Part shown: positions 10,949 to 21,804 of the stretch, one piece after another
Numbering within the stretch: position 1 is the stretch's first letter
How the letters are laid out: the number at the start of each line of letters is the position of its first letter
DNA from: Nitrospirota bacterium
Lineage (GTDB): Bacteria; Nitrospirota; UBA9217
Direction of reading: 5' to 3'
Assembly (NCBI GenBank): GCA_037444505.1
Contig: JBBIMH010000016.1
Span: 22,015 to 86,014 of the forward strand
Length of the DNA stretch: 64,000 nucleotides
Notes under the pieces: generated by a model
Databases searched by the model: none
Seen by the model: the letters and a program-made list of their open reading frames with translations, nothing else
Told to the model about the DNA's origin: nothing
Made by a program: the position numbers and the translations under genes

Positions 10949-12740
10949 GATACGGCAGGTGTTGGGCGGATTGTCCAATATGCAGAGCTCCATGAATCAA
11001 ACCAGCGATGTTATCACCGAACTTTGGACACGCTTCGGCGGGGCCAAAATCCTGCACGAGGCTGCGAGCGACGGCATGCCCACGATATGGGTAGAGAAGT
11101 CCGTGCTTAAAGATGCCCTTCGTTATCTCAAAGAAGGGATCAAACGTCCATACAGGATGCTCTATGACCTCACCGTCATAGACGAGCGGGTTCGCGTGCA
11201 CAGGCAGGGCCTGGCCGATAGCCATTTCACCGTTGTCTATCACCTCCTCTCATTTGGCAGGAACGAATACATCCGGATAAAGGTCGGCCTTGATAAAGAC
11301 GGCTTATCCGTCCCGAGCATCACCGACATATGGCCTGCTGCGAATTGGTACGAACGCGAGGCCTGGGATATGTTCGGCGTCGTCTTCGAGGGACATCCAA
11401 ATCTGCGGAGGATATTGATGCCTCCGACATGGCAGGGACACCCTCTAAGAAAGGACTATCCTGCAAGGGCCACGGAGTTCCCCCCTTTTCACCTTTCCGA
11501 AGAGAGGCATGAAAAAGAGGAGGAGGCCTTGAGATTCAGGCCAGAGGACTGGGACATGAAGCCCAAGGCGGAAGGCAGAGACTATATGTTCCTGAATCTC
11601 GGCCCCCATCATCCAGGCACGCACGGGCTTTTGCGCATCATCCTCGAGCTCGACGGAGAGGAGATACAGGATGCCGTGCTCGACATAGGCTATCACCATC
11701 GCGCTGCGGAGAAGATGGCGGAGCGCCAGTCCTGGCACACATTCATACCATACACGGATCGAATAGATTACTTCAGCGGTGTGATGAACAACTTCCCGTA
11801 TGTGCTGGCCGTAGAGATGCTTGCGGGAATCGATGTCCCTGACAGGGCTAAGGTGATACGCGTGATGATGGCGGAGCTGTTTCGGATCGCGAACCACCTC
11901 GCATGGTACGGCACATTCGCAGCGGATGTCGGTGCGCTCTCGCCTGTCTTTTACATGTTCACGGACAGGGAAAAGGTATTCGATATAGTCGAGGCTGTAT
12001 GCGGAGGTCGCATGCACCCCGCCTGGTTCCGCATCGGCGGGGTAGCCCAGGATCTGCCGAGGGGATGGGATGAGCTCGTGAAAGGCTTCCTGTCGTATCT
12101 GCCCTCTCGTCTCGATGAATACGATACAATGGTCCTAAAAAACAGGATATTCAAGGCGCGCACCAAGGGCATAGGCGCTTATACAACGGAAGACGCGATC
12201 GAGTGGGGAGTGACAGGACCCGGCCTCAGGGCGACCGGATTCGGGTGGGACTTCAGGAAGGAGAGGCCGTACTCGGGATATGAGCAGTTCGACTTCGACA
12301 TCCCCACAGCAGTGCACGGAGACAGCTATGACCGTGCAGTGGTCCGCGTGGAGGAGATGCGCCAGAGCCTCCGCATCATAGAGCAGTGCGTGAAGATTAT
12401 GCCTTCCGGGCCTTACAAGGCTGCGCACCACCTCGCCGTGCCTCCGCTCAAGGAGCGTACGATGAAGGACATAGAGACGCTCATTACGCACTTTCTCGGC
12501 GTGAGCTGGGGGCCTGTGATTCCGGCAGGCGAGGCCTTTGTCGGCATAGAGGCGACAAAGGGGAGCAACGGCTATTATGTAATCAGCGACGGCGGCACTA
12601 TGCCGTATCGGGTGCGCATACGTACGCCCTCCTTCCCTCACATGCAGATGGTGCCTGAAATCAGCCGCGGCCTGATGGTAGCGGATCTTTTGGCTATTCT
12701 GGGGAGCATCGACTTCATACTTGCCGATGTGGATAGGTAG
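10938..12740 (+). CDS. nuoC: NADH-quinone oxidoreductase fused subunit C/D
   Basis: A single 600-aa ORF. The N-terminal 30-kDa part has ERE-WDMFG and the C-terminal 49-kDa part has [12 protein letters not shown]...RIRTPSF. An alternative start is the ATG at about 10980. Confidence 0.95.
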   Translation: MRYRIRQVLGGLSNMQSSMNQTSDVITELWTRFGGAKILHEAASDGMPTIWVEKSVLKDALRYLKEGIKRPYRMLYDLTVIDERVRVHRQGLADSHFTVVYHLLSFGRNEYIRIKVGLDKDGLSVPSITDIWPAANWYEREAWDMFGVVFEGHPNLRRILMPPTWQGHPLRKDYPARATEFPPFHLSEERHEKEEEALRFRPEDWDMKPKAEGRDYMFLNLGPHHPGTHGLLRIILELDGEEIQDAVLDIGYHHRAAEKMAERQSWHTFIPYTDRIDYFSGVMNNFPYVLAVEMLAGIDVPDRAKVIRVMMAELFRIANHLAWYGTFAADVGALSPVFYMFTDREKVFDIVEAVCGGRMHPAWFRIGGVAQDLPRGWDELVKGFLSYLPSRLDEYDTMVLKNRIFKARTKGIGAYTTEDAIEWGVTGPGLRATGFGWDFRKERPYSGYEQFDFDIPTAVHGDSYDRAVVRVEEMRQSLRIIEQCVKIMPSGPYKAAHHLAVPPLKERTMKDIETLITHFLGVSWGPVIPAGEAFVGIEATKGSNGYYVISDGGTMPYRVRIRTPSFPHMQMVPEISRGLMVADLLAILGSIDFILADVDR

Positions 12741-12772
12741 GTTGGGATATTTTCGGATTCTGGGGTCTCTCT

Positions 12773-13237
12773 ATGCTCAATGAGAAGGAGATGCAGGAGA
12801 TAGCAGCCGAGGTGGCGCACTGTCCTGTGAAGCAGGCTGCTTCGATAGAGGCCTTGAAGATCGTGCAGAGGCACAGGGGATGGGTGTCGGATGCCGCGCT
12901 CAGGGATGTTTCAGAGATGCTCGGCATGACGGTCGAGGAGCTCGACAACGTAGCCACCTTCTATAACATGATATTCCGGAGGCCTGTCGGCAGGCATGTG
13001 ATCCTCTTGTGCGACAGCGTTACCTGCTGGATGATGGGAGGCGAGTCTTTGAGGGATTATATTTCGAGGAGGCTCGGAATTGGTATGGCCGAGACGACTG
13101 CCGACGGTAGATTCACCATGCTCCCTGCGGTATGTCTCGGGTGCTGCGACCGAGCGCCTGCGATGATGATCGACGAAGATCTGCACACCCAGCTGACGCC
13201 TGAGAAGATCGAAAAGGTCCTTGAACTATATACATGA
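12773..13237 (+). CDS. nuoE: NADH-quinone oxidoreductase subunit E
   Basis: 24-kDa subunit 2Fe-2S motifs CDSVTC...CLGCCDRAP. Confidence 0.93.
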   Translation: MLNEKEMQEIAAEVAHCPVKQAASIEALKIVQRHRGWVSDAALRDVSEMLGMTVEELDNVATFYNMIFRRPVGRHVILLCDSVTCWMMGGESLRDYISRRLGIGMAETTADGRFTMLPAVCLGCCDRAPAMMIDEDLHTQLTPEKIEKVLELYT

Positions 13238-13256
13238 GCGGATGCAAGGCGTATCT

Positions 13257-14534
13257 ATGGAACGACCGCTGACAAAGCATATAAACGCCGCTGAAGGTCC
13301 GCCTGACATCGAAGAGTATGAACGGGCAGGCGGTTATGCCGGTCTGCGCAAGGCGCTCCTGTCCATGTCTCCCATGGATGTCCAGGGGGTCGTCAAGCAG
13401 TCCGGGTTGCGCGGCAGGGGAGGGGCGGGGTTTCCCACGGGCATGAAGTGGAGCTTCGTCCCGATGGGTCCTGATGCGAGGCGGCCCAAATACTTTATTG
13501 TGAATGCGGACGAGATGGAGCCCGGTGCTTTCAAGGACAGGTATCTGCTCGAAGGCAACCCTCATCAGGTGATAGAGGGGGCCGTCATCGGCGCATATGC
13601 GATAGAGGCGGAGCAGGCGTACATATTCCTGCGCTGGGCGTACAAGACCGCGCAGAAGAGGATGGAAAGGGCCATTGAGGAGGCGAGGGCCGCTGGGTAT
13701 ATAGGCAGAGACATACTCGGAAGCGGCTTCAGCCTGGATGTGCGCATACATTCAGGCGCGGGCAGATATATCTGCGGAGAGGAGACAGCCCTACTGAACT
13801 CGCTCGAAGGAAAGCGGGCGGTCCCGAGGACAAAGCCGCCGTTTCCACAGATATCAGGCCTGTGGGGAAGGCCTACTATCGTCAACAATGTAGAGACGGT
13901 GTGCAACATACCGCATATAATCGCGAACGGTGCGAGGTGGTTCCAGGGCCTGAGCCGTTCGTCAGACAGCGGCACGAAGCTCTACGGCGCGAGCGGACGG
14001 GTGAGAAGGCCCGGGCTCTGGGAGCTGCCGATGGGTGTCACAATGAGGGAGATCATCGAAGAATACGCCGGAGGCATGCAGGACGGATATATCCTGAGAG
14101 GGGTGATACCCGGCGGGGCATCGACGGACTTTCTGGGGCCAGAGCACATGGACGTCAAGATGGACTTCGACTCGGTATCCAAGGCAGGCAGCAGGCTCGG
14201 CACGGGCACGATGATCATACTCGACGACAAAACATGTCCCGTAGGCATGGTACATAACATGATAAGGTTCTTCGCGCACGAATCATGCGGATGGTGCACC
14301 CCGTGCAGGGAAGGGATTTCATGGGCCGAGAAGATACTTCGGTCCATGGAAAGCGGAGGCGGGATGGAAGGGGACATTGAGCGGCTTCATTCCATCACGA
14401 GGATGCTCGGCATAGGTAACACATTCTGCGCACTCGCCCCGGGCGCGATGGAGCCGCTCCAAAGCGGACTGATCCGATTTCGCGAAGACTTCGAGCGTCA
14501 CATAAGGGAGAGGGTGTGCCCTTGGAAAAAGTAG
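13257..14534 (+). CDS. nuoF: NADH-quinone oxidoreductase subunit F
   Basis: GRGGAGFPTGMKW FMN/NADH site and ESCGWCTPCREG for cluster N3. I prefer the ATG at 13257 over the TTG at 13221, which overlaps nuoE. Confidence 0.95.
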   Translation: MERPLTKHINAAEGPPDIEEYERAGGYAGLRKALLSMSPMDVQGVVKQSGLRGRGGAGFPTGMKWSFVPMGPDARRPKYFIVNADEMEPGAFKDRYLLEGNPHQVIEGAVIGAYAIEAEQAYIFLRWAYKTAQKRMERAIEEARAAGYIGRDILGSGFSLDVRIHSGAGRYICGEETALLNSLEGKRAVPRTKPPFPQISGLWGRPTIVNNVETVCNIPHIIANGARWFQGLSRSSDSGTKLYGASGRVRRPGLWELPMGVTMREIIEEYAGGMQDGYILRGVIPGGASTDFLGPEHMDVKMDFDSVSKAGSRLGTGTMIILDDKTCPVGMVHNMIRFFAHESCGWCTPCREGISWAEKILRSMESGGGMEGDIERLHSITRMLGIGNTFCALAPGAMEPLQSGLIRFREDFERHIRERVCPWKK

Positions 14535-14654
14535 ATTTCATATTACTAGCAACAGCCTGATGCCGGTATCCGGTTATTGAAAATTCGAGCGAACGCAGCG
14601 ATGAATCCATCACGGATTCAGCGCCTGAGACTCAGTATACGACGAATCACTGAC

Positions 14655-17417
14655 ATGCCGACCATCTTTATAGAGAACAAGCCGTATCAGGTGGAGCCCG
14701 GGCAGAACCTTCTGAAGGCCTGTCTGTCCCTCGGGTTAGATCTGCCGTATTTCTGCTGGCACCCCGCCATGCACTCGGTCGGCGCTTGCCGTCAGTGCGC
14801 CGTGAAACAGTTCAAGGACGAGAAAGACACCCGCGGCAGGATAATCATGGCGTGCATGACTCCTGTAAGCGAGGGCATGCGCATATCCATAAACGACCCC
14901 GAGGCGAGGGCGTTCAGAAAGGGCATCATAGAGCTCCTCATGCTGAACCACCCGCACGACTGCCCTGTATGCGACGAGGGCGGAGAGTGCCATCTGCAGG
15001 ACATGACTGTGATGACGGGCCATGCATACCGCTCTTATCGTTTCGGAAAGAGGACGCATAGAAATCAATACCTCGGCCCTTTCATAAACCACGAGATGAA
15101 CCGCTGCATACAGTGCTATCGCTGCGTGAGATTCTACAGAGACTATGCAGGCGGCAGGGATCTGGATGTCTTCGGAGCGCACGACCATGTTTATTTCGGA
15201 AGGCACTCCGACGGCGTGCTCGAGTGCGAATTCAGCGGCAATCTCGTCGAAATTTGTCCTACAGGCGTATTCACGGACAAGACATTCAAGAAACACTATA
15301 CACGCAAATGGGATCTCCAGACAGCGCCTTCCGTCTGCGTCCACTGCGGACTGGGCTGCAATATCATCCCGGGCGAGAGATACGGAAGGCTGAGGCGGAT
15401 ATTGAACCGTTTCAATCGGGATGTGAACGGCTTTTTCATATGCGACAGGGGCAGGTTCGGCTATGAATTCGTGAACAGCACGCGCCGCATTACACGACCT
15501 CTCGTCAAACACAGCGCCGCGGAAGGCCATAAACCGGTATCCGAGGATGAGGCGCTCGAGAGGGCGGAGGGCATAATACGCAGCTCCAGGCGCGTGCTCG
15601 GCATCGGCTCTCCACGCGCCTCTCTCGAGGCGAACTTTGCACTGCGCCGCCTCGTGGGACCTGAGAATTTCTTTTCGGGGCTCTCGTCCGTCGAGGACAA
15701 GATCATCAGGGAAGTGATTGATATTATGAGAAGTGGCGGCCTGCCTTCCGCCTCGCTCAGAGATGTGGAAGAGGCGGATGCTGTTCTGGTGCTCGGAGAG
15801 GACGTGATGAACACCTCTCCCCGTCTCGGCCTGTCCATCCGTCAGGCGGTGAAGAATAGGGTGATGGATATACCGAAAAGCCTCGGCATTCCGGAGTGGA
15901 ATGACGCTGCTGTGAGAGCTGCTGTCCAGGAGGCGAAGGGGCCGCTCTATATCGCGTCTCTGCACGAAACGCGGTTGGACGACATCGCCACAGGGCTGTA
16001 TCATGCGGCACCGGATGATATAGCGAGGTTCGGATTCATGATTGCAAAGGAGATAGATTCAGACGCCCCGGGCGCACCGGCCTATGGCGATCGTAATAAT
16101 ACGGGTGGAGATGCGGCCGGACATGCAGTCTACCTTTCAAAAGAGATTGCGAAGGAGCTCATCGGCGCGAAAAGTCCTGTCATCGTATCCGGCGCAGGCT
16201 GCATGAGCGTGGAAGTTGTGCATGCAGCCTTCAATATTGCCTCTGCGTTGCTCAGGAAGGGACGTCCTGCGAAGGCGCTTTTCTGCCTGCCTGAGTGCGA
16301 TTCTATGGGAGCCGGAATAATGGCGGGCAGGTCTATCGCCGAGGCCCTGGACATGATCAAAAACAGAGAAGCCGATGCCCTCATCATACTCGAAAACGAC
16401 CTGTACCGCCGGATCGACAGCGTGTCAGCGGACAGCCTGCTGTGCGCCGCGAGGGGTGTCATCGTGCTGGATTACATACAGACGCCTACTGCTGATAAGG
16501 CTTCTCTCGTCCTTCCGTCCGCGTCATTCGCTGAGTCCGACGGCACATTCTTGAACTCGGAAGGCAGGGCGCAGCGGTTCTTCAGGGTATATTTGCCGGA
16601 AGAGTTTTCTCCAGGTTGCGGGATAAAAGAGGGATGGAGATGGCTCGGCGACTTAATGACTCGCACAGGAAGGGGCGAAGGACCTGGCTGGAATACTCTC
16701 GACGACGTCATTCTATCTATGACGAAGGAACTCTCTCTCCTGACTCCGGTCGCGCAGTGCGCTCTGCCCTCAGGATTCAGGATCGAGGGGATGAAGATCC
16801 CCAGGCAGCCGCATCGCTACAGCGGTAGGACCGCTATGCACGCGGATAAAGATGTGCATGAGCGGCAGCCTCAGATTGATAATGATTCTTTTTTTTCATT
16901 CTCTATGGAAGGGTATCCAGGCGTCCTGCCCACGTTACTCGCGCCGAGATATTGGCGGCCGGGCTGGAACTCTGTCCAGGCCTTGAACAAATTCGGTCAC
17001 GAAAAAAGAGCCCTCTCTCTTTCAGGATATTGCGGCGTCAGGCTGTTCGGTCTGGGCCGGGATACGACCGAATTAACCGCAGAGCCTGGGTATTTTATGG
17101 ACATCCCCCCGCGGTTCAGGCCCAAGGACGGAGAATATCTCTTCCTGCCTCTATATCACATCTTCGGCTCGGAAGAGCTGAGCATGAATTCAGCCGGGAT
17201 TGCAGAGTTGGCGCCGGAGCCGTATATCGCGCTCTCTGATATACCGGCTGTTCGGGATATGGAGGGGAAGGCTGTGGAAGCCCGCATAGGAAGCACCATC
17301 GTCAGGCTTAGAATAAAGATAATGCCCGGTCTTCCGGTCGGCACGGCAGGCTATCCGGTGGGGCTGCCGGGCGTTCCATGGGTCGAGCTTCCGCAATATG
17401 GTAAGATAATAAAATAA
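14655..17417 (+). CDS. nuoG: NADH-quinone oxidoreductase subunit G (long, ~920 aa, E. coli type)
   Basis: N-terminal 2Fe-2S ferredoxin fold (CWHP...CRQC), HPHDCPVCDEGGEC and CIQCYRCVRF, followed by a molybdopterin-oxidoreductase-like domain. I chose the ATG at 14655 (MPTIFIENK). Confidence 0.95.
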   Translation: MPTIFIENKPYQVEPGQNLLKACLSLGLDLPYFCWHPAMHSVGACRQCAVKQFKDEKDTRGRIIMACMTPVSEGMRISINDPEARAFRKGIIELLMLNHPHDCPVCDEGGECHLQDMTVMTGHAYRSYRFGKRTHRNQYLGPFINHEMNRCIQCYRCVRFYRDYAGGRDLDVFGAHDHVYFGRHSDGVLECEFSGNLVEICPTGVFTDKTFKKHYTRKWDLQTAPSVCVHCGLGCNIIPGERYGRLRRILNRFNRDVNGFFICDRGRFGYEFVNSTRRITRPLVKHSAAEGHKPVSEDEALERAEGIIRSSRRVLGIGSPRASLEANFALRRLVGPENFFSGLSSVEDKIIREVIDIMRSGGLPSASLRDVEEADAVLVLGEDVMNTSPRLGLSIRQAVKNRVMDIPKSLGIPEWNDAAVRAAVQEAKGPLYIASLHETRLDDIATGLYHAAPDDIARFGFMIAKEIDSDAPGAPAYGDRNNTGGDAAGHAVYLSKEIAKELIGAKSPVIVSGAGCMSVEVVHAAFNIASALLRKGRPAKALFCLPECDSMGAGIMAGRSIAEALDMIKNREADALIILENDLYRRIDSVSADSLLCAARGVIVLDYIQTPTADKASLVLPSASFAESDGTFLNSEGRAQRFFRVYLPEEFSPGCGIKEGWRWLGDLMTRTGRGEGPGWNTLDDVILSMTKELSLLTPVAQCALPSGFRIEGMKIPRQPHRYSGRTAMHADKDVHERQPQIDNDSFFSFSMEGYPGVLPTLLAPRYWRPGWNSVQALNKFGHEKRALSLSGYCGVRLFGLGRDTTELTAEPGYFMDIPPRFRPKDGEYLFLPLYHIFGSEELSMNSAGIAELAPEPYIALSDIPAVRDMEGKAVEARIGSTIVRLRIKIMPGLPVGTAGYPVGLPGVPWVELPQYGKIIK

Positions 17418-17482
17418 GCTCATCTGGTACAATGATCATTCCGGCACACCCTGCCGGCCTGCACCAAAAAACGTGATGAGCC
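17418..17482 (+). repeat. Intergenic hairpin repeat, copy A (nuoG-nuoH spacer)
   Basis: TCATTCCGGCACACCCTGCCGGCCTGCACCAAAAAACGTGATGAGCC is about 93% identical to 41107-41152. Inner stem CCGGCA/TGCCGG; outer stem GCTCATC (17418-24)/GATGAGC (17475-81). Confidence 0.75.
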
Positions 17483-17493
17483 TAAAATAAGCC

Positions 17494-18447
17494 GTGAATG
17501 AAAACGTAAAACATATCCTGCTGATATTTATGATTCTCGGCGCCGCCTTGACCGCCGCGGCATGGCTCATATGGATCGAGAGGAGGCTCCTTGCGCTGTG
17601 GCAGGACAGGTACGGCCCCAACCGTGTAGGCCCGTTCGGCCTCATGCAGGTGGTTGCGGATATGGTCAAGGTGCTTTCGAAGGAGGACTGGGTGCCTCCT
17701 TTTTCAGACAGGGCGGTTTTTGTCATGGCGCCTGCGATCATCGTCGTCACAACCCTGCTCTCCTTCGCTGTGGTGCCGTTCGGTCCCGGGTTCTCGATCT
17801 CCGAGATGAACAGCGGACTTCTCTTCTTCCTCGCCATGTCTTCCCTCGGCGTGTACAGTATCGCGCTCGCAGGCTGGTCTTCGAACAACAAATATTCGCT
17901 GCTTGGAGGTCTTAGGGCGTCCGCGCAGATGCTAGGCTACGAGGTATTCATGGGTATTTCCCTCATGGGTGTTGTCATGCATACGGGCACATTCAATCTG
18001 CGCGAGATAGTGGAGGCGCAGCGGGAAGGGTGGTTTTTCATACCGCAGTTCTTGGGTATGCTGACGTTTCTTACGGCAGGCATTGCCGAGACTCATCGTC
18101 TGCCGTTCGACCTTCCGGAGGCGGACAGCGAGCTCGTTGCTGGGTTCCACTCCGAATATTCGGGCATGAAGTTCGGAATGTTTTTTGTGGGAGAGTATCT
18201 CGGCATCATACTCATCTCGGCATTCATAGTCACGCTCTTCTTCGGTGGCTGGCTCGGGCCGTGGCTGCCGCCGGTTGCATGGTTCTCTATAAAGACATTC
18301 GGATTCATATGCCTGTTCATGCTCCTTCGGGCGTCTCTTCCGAGGCAGAGGTATGATCAGCTCATGTCATTCGGATGGAAGGTCATGCTTCCATTGTCTC
18401 TCTTGAACGTGCTCGTAACAGGTGCGGTGATCCTGATGGGCAGATAA
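17494..18447 (+). CDS. nuoH: NADH-quinone oxidoreductase subunit H
   Basis: 317 aa, polytopic, with [23 protein letters not shown], the NuoH/ND1 signature. GTG start. Confidence 0.95.
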   Translation: MNENVKHILLIFMILGAALTAAAWLIWIERRLLALWQDRYGPNRVGPFGLMQVVADMVKVLSKEDWVPPFSDRAVFVMAPAIIVVTTLLSFAVVPFGPGFSISEMNSGLLFFLAMSSLGVYSIALAGWSSNNKYSLLGGLRASAQMLGYEVFMGISLMGVVMHTGTFNLREIVEAQREGWFFIPQFLGMLTFLTAGIAETHRLPFDLPEADSELVAGFHSEYSGMKFGMFFVGEYLGIILISAFIVTLFFGGWLGPWLPPVAWFSIKTFGFICLFMLLRASLPRQRYDQLMSFGWKVMLPLSLLNVLVTGAVILMGR

Positions 18448-18463
18448 TCCAGGTAGGGCAGGG

Positions 18464-18985
18464 GTGTCTATGCTCAGCATCCTTAAGACTATATGGGTCG
18501 TCTTCCTCCATATGTTCCGGAGGAGGGCGACGATTCAGTATCCGGAGGAAAGGCCGAAGATACCGCCCAGATGGCGCGGGAGGATAATCCTGTCCCGTGA
18601 TCCGGACGGGGCAGAGCGGTGCGTTGCCTGCTATCTCTGCGCTGCGGCCTGCCCTGTCGACTGCATCTCGCTCCAGGCTGCAGAGGACGAACACGGGAGG
18701 CGCTATCCCGCCTTCTTCAGGATAAATTTCTCGCGTTGTATATTCTGCGGTTTCTGCGAAGAGGCATGTCCGACATATGCGATCCAGCTTACGCCGGACT
18801 TCGAGATGTCGGAGTACAGGAGGCAAAACCTCGTGTATGAAAAAGAGGATCTCCTGATAAACGGTCCTGGAAAATATCCCGGATATAATTTCTACAGGGT
18901 CGCCGGCGTCTCTATTTCAGGAAAAGGCAAGGGAGAATCCGAGAACGAAGCACCTCCGGTGGACGTGAGGAGTCTGCTGCCATAG
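18464..18985 (+). CDS. nuoI: NADH-quinone oxidoreductase subunit I
   Basis: Two 4Fe-4S motifs, [12 protein letters not shown] and [12 protein letters not shown]. Confidence 0.95.
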   Translation: MSMLSILKTIWVVFLHMFRRRATIQYPEERPKIPPRWRGRIILSRDPDGAERCVACYLCAAACPVDCISLQAAEDEHGRRYPAFFRINFSRCIFCGFCEEACPTYAIQLTPDFEMSEYRRQNLVYEKEDLLINGPGKYPGYNFYRVAGVSISGKGKGESENEAPPVDVRSLLP

Positions 18986-19065
18986 CCTAAGTTTTCATTC
19001 AGGTCTTTCTCCGGGAGCTCTGGTTGATTCTTGTCAATACGGCTCGAACTCAAGGGGGATTCTAT

Positions 19066-19557
19066 ATGGTCGTCCTCTTCTATATATCCGCGATGGTCGC
19101 CGTGGCCTCCACTATGATGACGGCCACGAGGAAGGACCCTGTCCATGCGCTTTTATATCTCATTGTATCATTTCTTTCCGTTGCGCTGATATTCTATATC
19201 CTCGGAGCGCCATTCATCGCGGCGCTCGAGGTGATCGTCTATGCAGGGGCGGTGATGGTGCTGTTTCTGTTCGTCGTCATGATGCTGAACCTCGGCAAGC
19301 AGTCCGTGGAGCAGGAGGAGAAGTGGCTCAGCCGAGATGCCTGGCTCGGTCCACTGATCCTCGTTTCGGTCCTCTCAGCAGAGCTTTTATATATTTTTTT
19401 ATCCGGCGGTGTAGAGCCGCTCGAGATCCGAGAGGTCTCGCCGAAGCAGACAGGCATCGCCCTGTTCGGTCCGTATGTGATAGGGGTGGAGCTTGCTTCT
19501 CTGCTGCTTCTGTCCGGGCTAGTAGGAGCATGGCATCTTGGCAGGCGGAGGAGATGA
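19066..19557 (+). CDS. nuoJ: NADH-quinone oxidoreductase subunit J
   Basis: Hydrophobic NuoJ/ND6-like protein. ATG at 19066 with a G-rich RBS 8 nt upstream; the track TTG at 19024 is less likely. Confidence 0.9.
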   Translation: MVVLFYISAMVAVASTMMTATRKDPVHALLYLIVSFLSVALIFYILGAPFIAALEVIVYAGAVMVLFLFVVMMLNLGKQSVEQEEKWLSRDAWLGPLILVSVLSAELLYIFLSGGVEPLEIREVSPKQTGIALFGPYVIGVELASLLLLSGLVGAWHLGRRRR

Positions 19558-19567
19558 GAGGCGTATT

Positions 19568-19879
19568 ATGCATGGCACTATTCCATATGAGCATGTCCTG
19601 CTCCTCGCAGGGGTGCTGTTCGTCTTGGGCCTTCTGGGCGTGATGATCCGAAGGAACCTCATATTCATGCTAATATCAGTCGAGATAATGCTCAATGCTG
19701 CAGGCCTTGCATTCATTGCGGCGGGCGGCAGGTGGGCCGGACCGGATGGCCAGGTGATGTTCATCTTCATTCTGACAATGGCCGCAGCCGAGGCCGCTGT
19801 CGGCCTTGCCATCATACTCCGGCTATATAGTCTCCATGAGACTGTGGATGCAGACAGGGCAGGGGAGATGAAAGGATGA
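19568..19879 (+). CDS. nuoK: NADH-quinone oxidoreductase subunit K
   Basis: About 100-aa, 3-TM ND4L-like protein ([11 protein letters not shown]...[11 protein letters not shown]). ATG at 19568 lies after GGAGGAG. Confidence 0.93.
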   Translation: MHGTIPYEHVLLLAGVLFVLGLLGVMIRRNLIFMLISVEIMLNAAGLAFIAAGGRWAGPDGQVMFIFILTMAAAEAAVGLAIILRLYSLHETVDADRAGEMKG

Positions 19880-21774
19880 CCGCATACATGCCCGATCTCA
19901 TCCAGCTCATACCGGCCTTTCCATTCGCAGGCGCCTTCTTTTTGATACTTCGCGGCAGGCGCCTGCCGATGCAGGCAACTGCTGTAATCGGCTCCGGCTC
20001 TGTGGGTCTGTCCGCCCTCGCAGGGATAGCGGTCGCGATAGAATTCATATCATCACCTCCGGTTGGTCATGCCCTTTATAAGACTTTATGGCGATGGATG
20101 GATGTAGGCGGCCTTTCCCCCTCGGTCACGCTATATCTCGATCCGCTGTCTCTGATAATGCTGCTCGTGGTCACGATCGTGGGCTTTCTTATCCATATTT
20201 ATTCTACGGAATTCATGGAAGGCGACGAGGGATATAGCCGGTTTTTCGCGTATATGAATATGTTCATCGGCGCCATGCTCGTGCTGGTGCTCGCGGACGA
20301 CCTCTTGCTTTTGTATCTCGGCTGGGAAGGGGTGGGGCTGTGCAGCTATCTGCTCATCGGGTTCTGGTACAAGAATCCAGCGAACGGCTATGCAGCGAGA
20401 AAGGCATTCGTGATCACACGCATAGGAGACACTGCAATGGCCGTAGGCCTTTTTCTGCTCTTTACGGAATCTGGGACGCTGAGGATACAAGACATGCTCA
20501 TGAGCGCAGAGGCGGGGAGGCCTGGCGGCTTGACTATTTCCCTGGCGGCAGGCCTCCTTCTCGCAGGTGCAGTAGGAAAATCCGCGCAGTTGCCGCTCCA
20601 GACATGGCTGCCTGATGCAATGGCAGGCCCCACACCAGTCTCTGCCTTGATACATGCGGCGACGATGGTGACAGCAGGCGTGTATCTCATTGCACGCATG
20701 CATACTCTCTTTGAACTCGCGCCGGCTGTGCAGACCGCCGTCGCTGTGATCGGGGTTGCCACACTGCTCGTCTCCGCAGCGAGCGCCCTTGCGCAGCGGG
20801 ACATCAAGAGGGTGCTTGCATATTCTACGATGAGCCAGATAGGCTATATGTTCCTTGCGCTCGGAGCCGGCGCATGGTCTGCCGCTATCTTCCATTTCAT
20901 GACTCATGCATTCTTCAAGGCGCTCCTCTTTCTTGCAGCAGGGGCGGTGATTATTTCCCAGCACCACGAGCACGACATGTTCAGGATGGGAGGCCTGCGA
21001 AAGAGACTCCCGTTGACGTTCATTACATTCCTTGTCGGCTCGGCGTCGCTCTCGAGCCTGCCGCTCATTACAGCGGGTTTCTACAGCAAAGAGCTGATAC
21101 TCTGGGGCGCATGGTCGTCGGCCAAGGGCGGGCACTGGCTTTGGGCTGCGGGCATTATCGGCGCGTTTCTCACATCCGTCTATACATTCCGCATGGTATT
21201 CCTCATATTCTACGGTGAGCAGAAGACCGAGCTCAGCAGACTGCCTGGCCTGCGCATGCACATCCCGCTCATGATCCTGGCGCTCTTCTCCATTGCCGGA
21301 GGTTTCATCGAGACGCCCAAGATATTGGGAGGGGTGGATGTATTCTCCTCTTTCATGAACAGCGCCCTGCCGCAGGAGGTCAAGGGCCATCTTTCGGGTC
21401 ATTCAGAGCTCATGCCCCTGGGTGCCGCATCGCTCGCATCCATCTCAGGTGTATTCATCGCATACATGCTGTTTTTTAAAACACCTCATGCATCGGAGCA
21501 GATGGTGCGCACCCGATTAGGCGGCATGCTCCGAAGATTCATGCTTTCAGGCTGGGGATTCGACAGGCTCTATGACACGCTTTTTGTGAGGCCTTTCATC
21601 CGAATCGCCTCGGTGAGCAGAGACGACTTCATCGACCTCATCTCGAAAGTCCTCGCCGCCTCTGCCGCTGTGATGAGCAGGGCCTTGAGCTTGACTCAGA
21701 CAGGAAAGGTGCGCTGGTATGCATTTGCCGTCGGACTCGGGGCAGCGATACTGATCTGGACGGCGGTCTTGTAG
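19876..21774 (+). CDS. nuoL: NADH-quinone oxidoreductase subunit L
   Basis: 632-aa antiporter-like subunit ([47 protein letters not shown]). ATGA overlap with nuoK. Confidence 0.95.
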   Translation: MTAYMPDLIQLIPAFPFAGAFFLILRGRRLPMQATAVIGSGSVGLSALAGIAVAIEFISSPPVGHALYKTLWRWMDVGGLSPSVTLYLDPLSLIMLLVVTIVGFLIHIYSTEFMEGDEGYSRFFAYMNMFIGAMLVLVLADDLLLLYLGWEGVGLCSYLLIGFWYKNPANGYAARKAFVITRIGDTAMAVGLFLLFTESGTLRIQDMLMSAEAGRPGGLTISLAAGLLLAGAVGKSAQLPLQTWLPDAMAGPTPVSALIHAATMVTAGVYLIARMHTLFELAPAVQTAVAVIGVATLLVSAASALAQRDIKRVLAYSTMSQIGYMFLALGAGAWSAAIFHFMTHAFFKALLFLAAGAVIISQHHEHDMFRMGGLRKRLPLTFITFLVGSASLSSLPLITAGFYSKELILWGAWSSAKGGHWLWAAGIIGAFLTSVYTFRMVFLIFYGEQKTELSRLPGLRMHIPLMILALFSIAGGFIETPKILGGVDVFSSFMNSALPQEVKGHLSGHSELMPLGAASLASISGVFIAYMLFFKTPHASEQMVRTRLGGMLRRFMLSGWGFDRLYDTLFVRPFIRIASVSRDDFIDLISKVLAASAAVMSRALSLTQTGKVRWYAFAVGLGAAILIWTAVL

Positions 21775-21804
21775 AGATACGATTATGCAACCGGAGGAGC
21801 GGAG

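Noticed and set aside
14736-16004. Long antisense ORFs inside large genes. Examples are the 422-aa minus-strand ORF in nuoG, the 423-aa ORF at 20131-21402 in nuoL, the 459-aa ORF at 43061-44440 across tolC/RND, and the 312-aa plus-strand ORF at 40126-41064 opposite hflX.
   Set aside because: They fully overlap genes with unmistakable family signatures. Their translations are Arg/His/Pro/Ala-rich, low-complexity shadow frames typical of GC-rich third positions. They have no RBS and no recognisable motifs.
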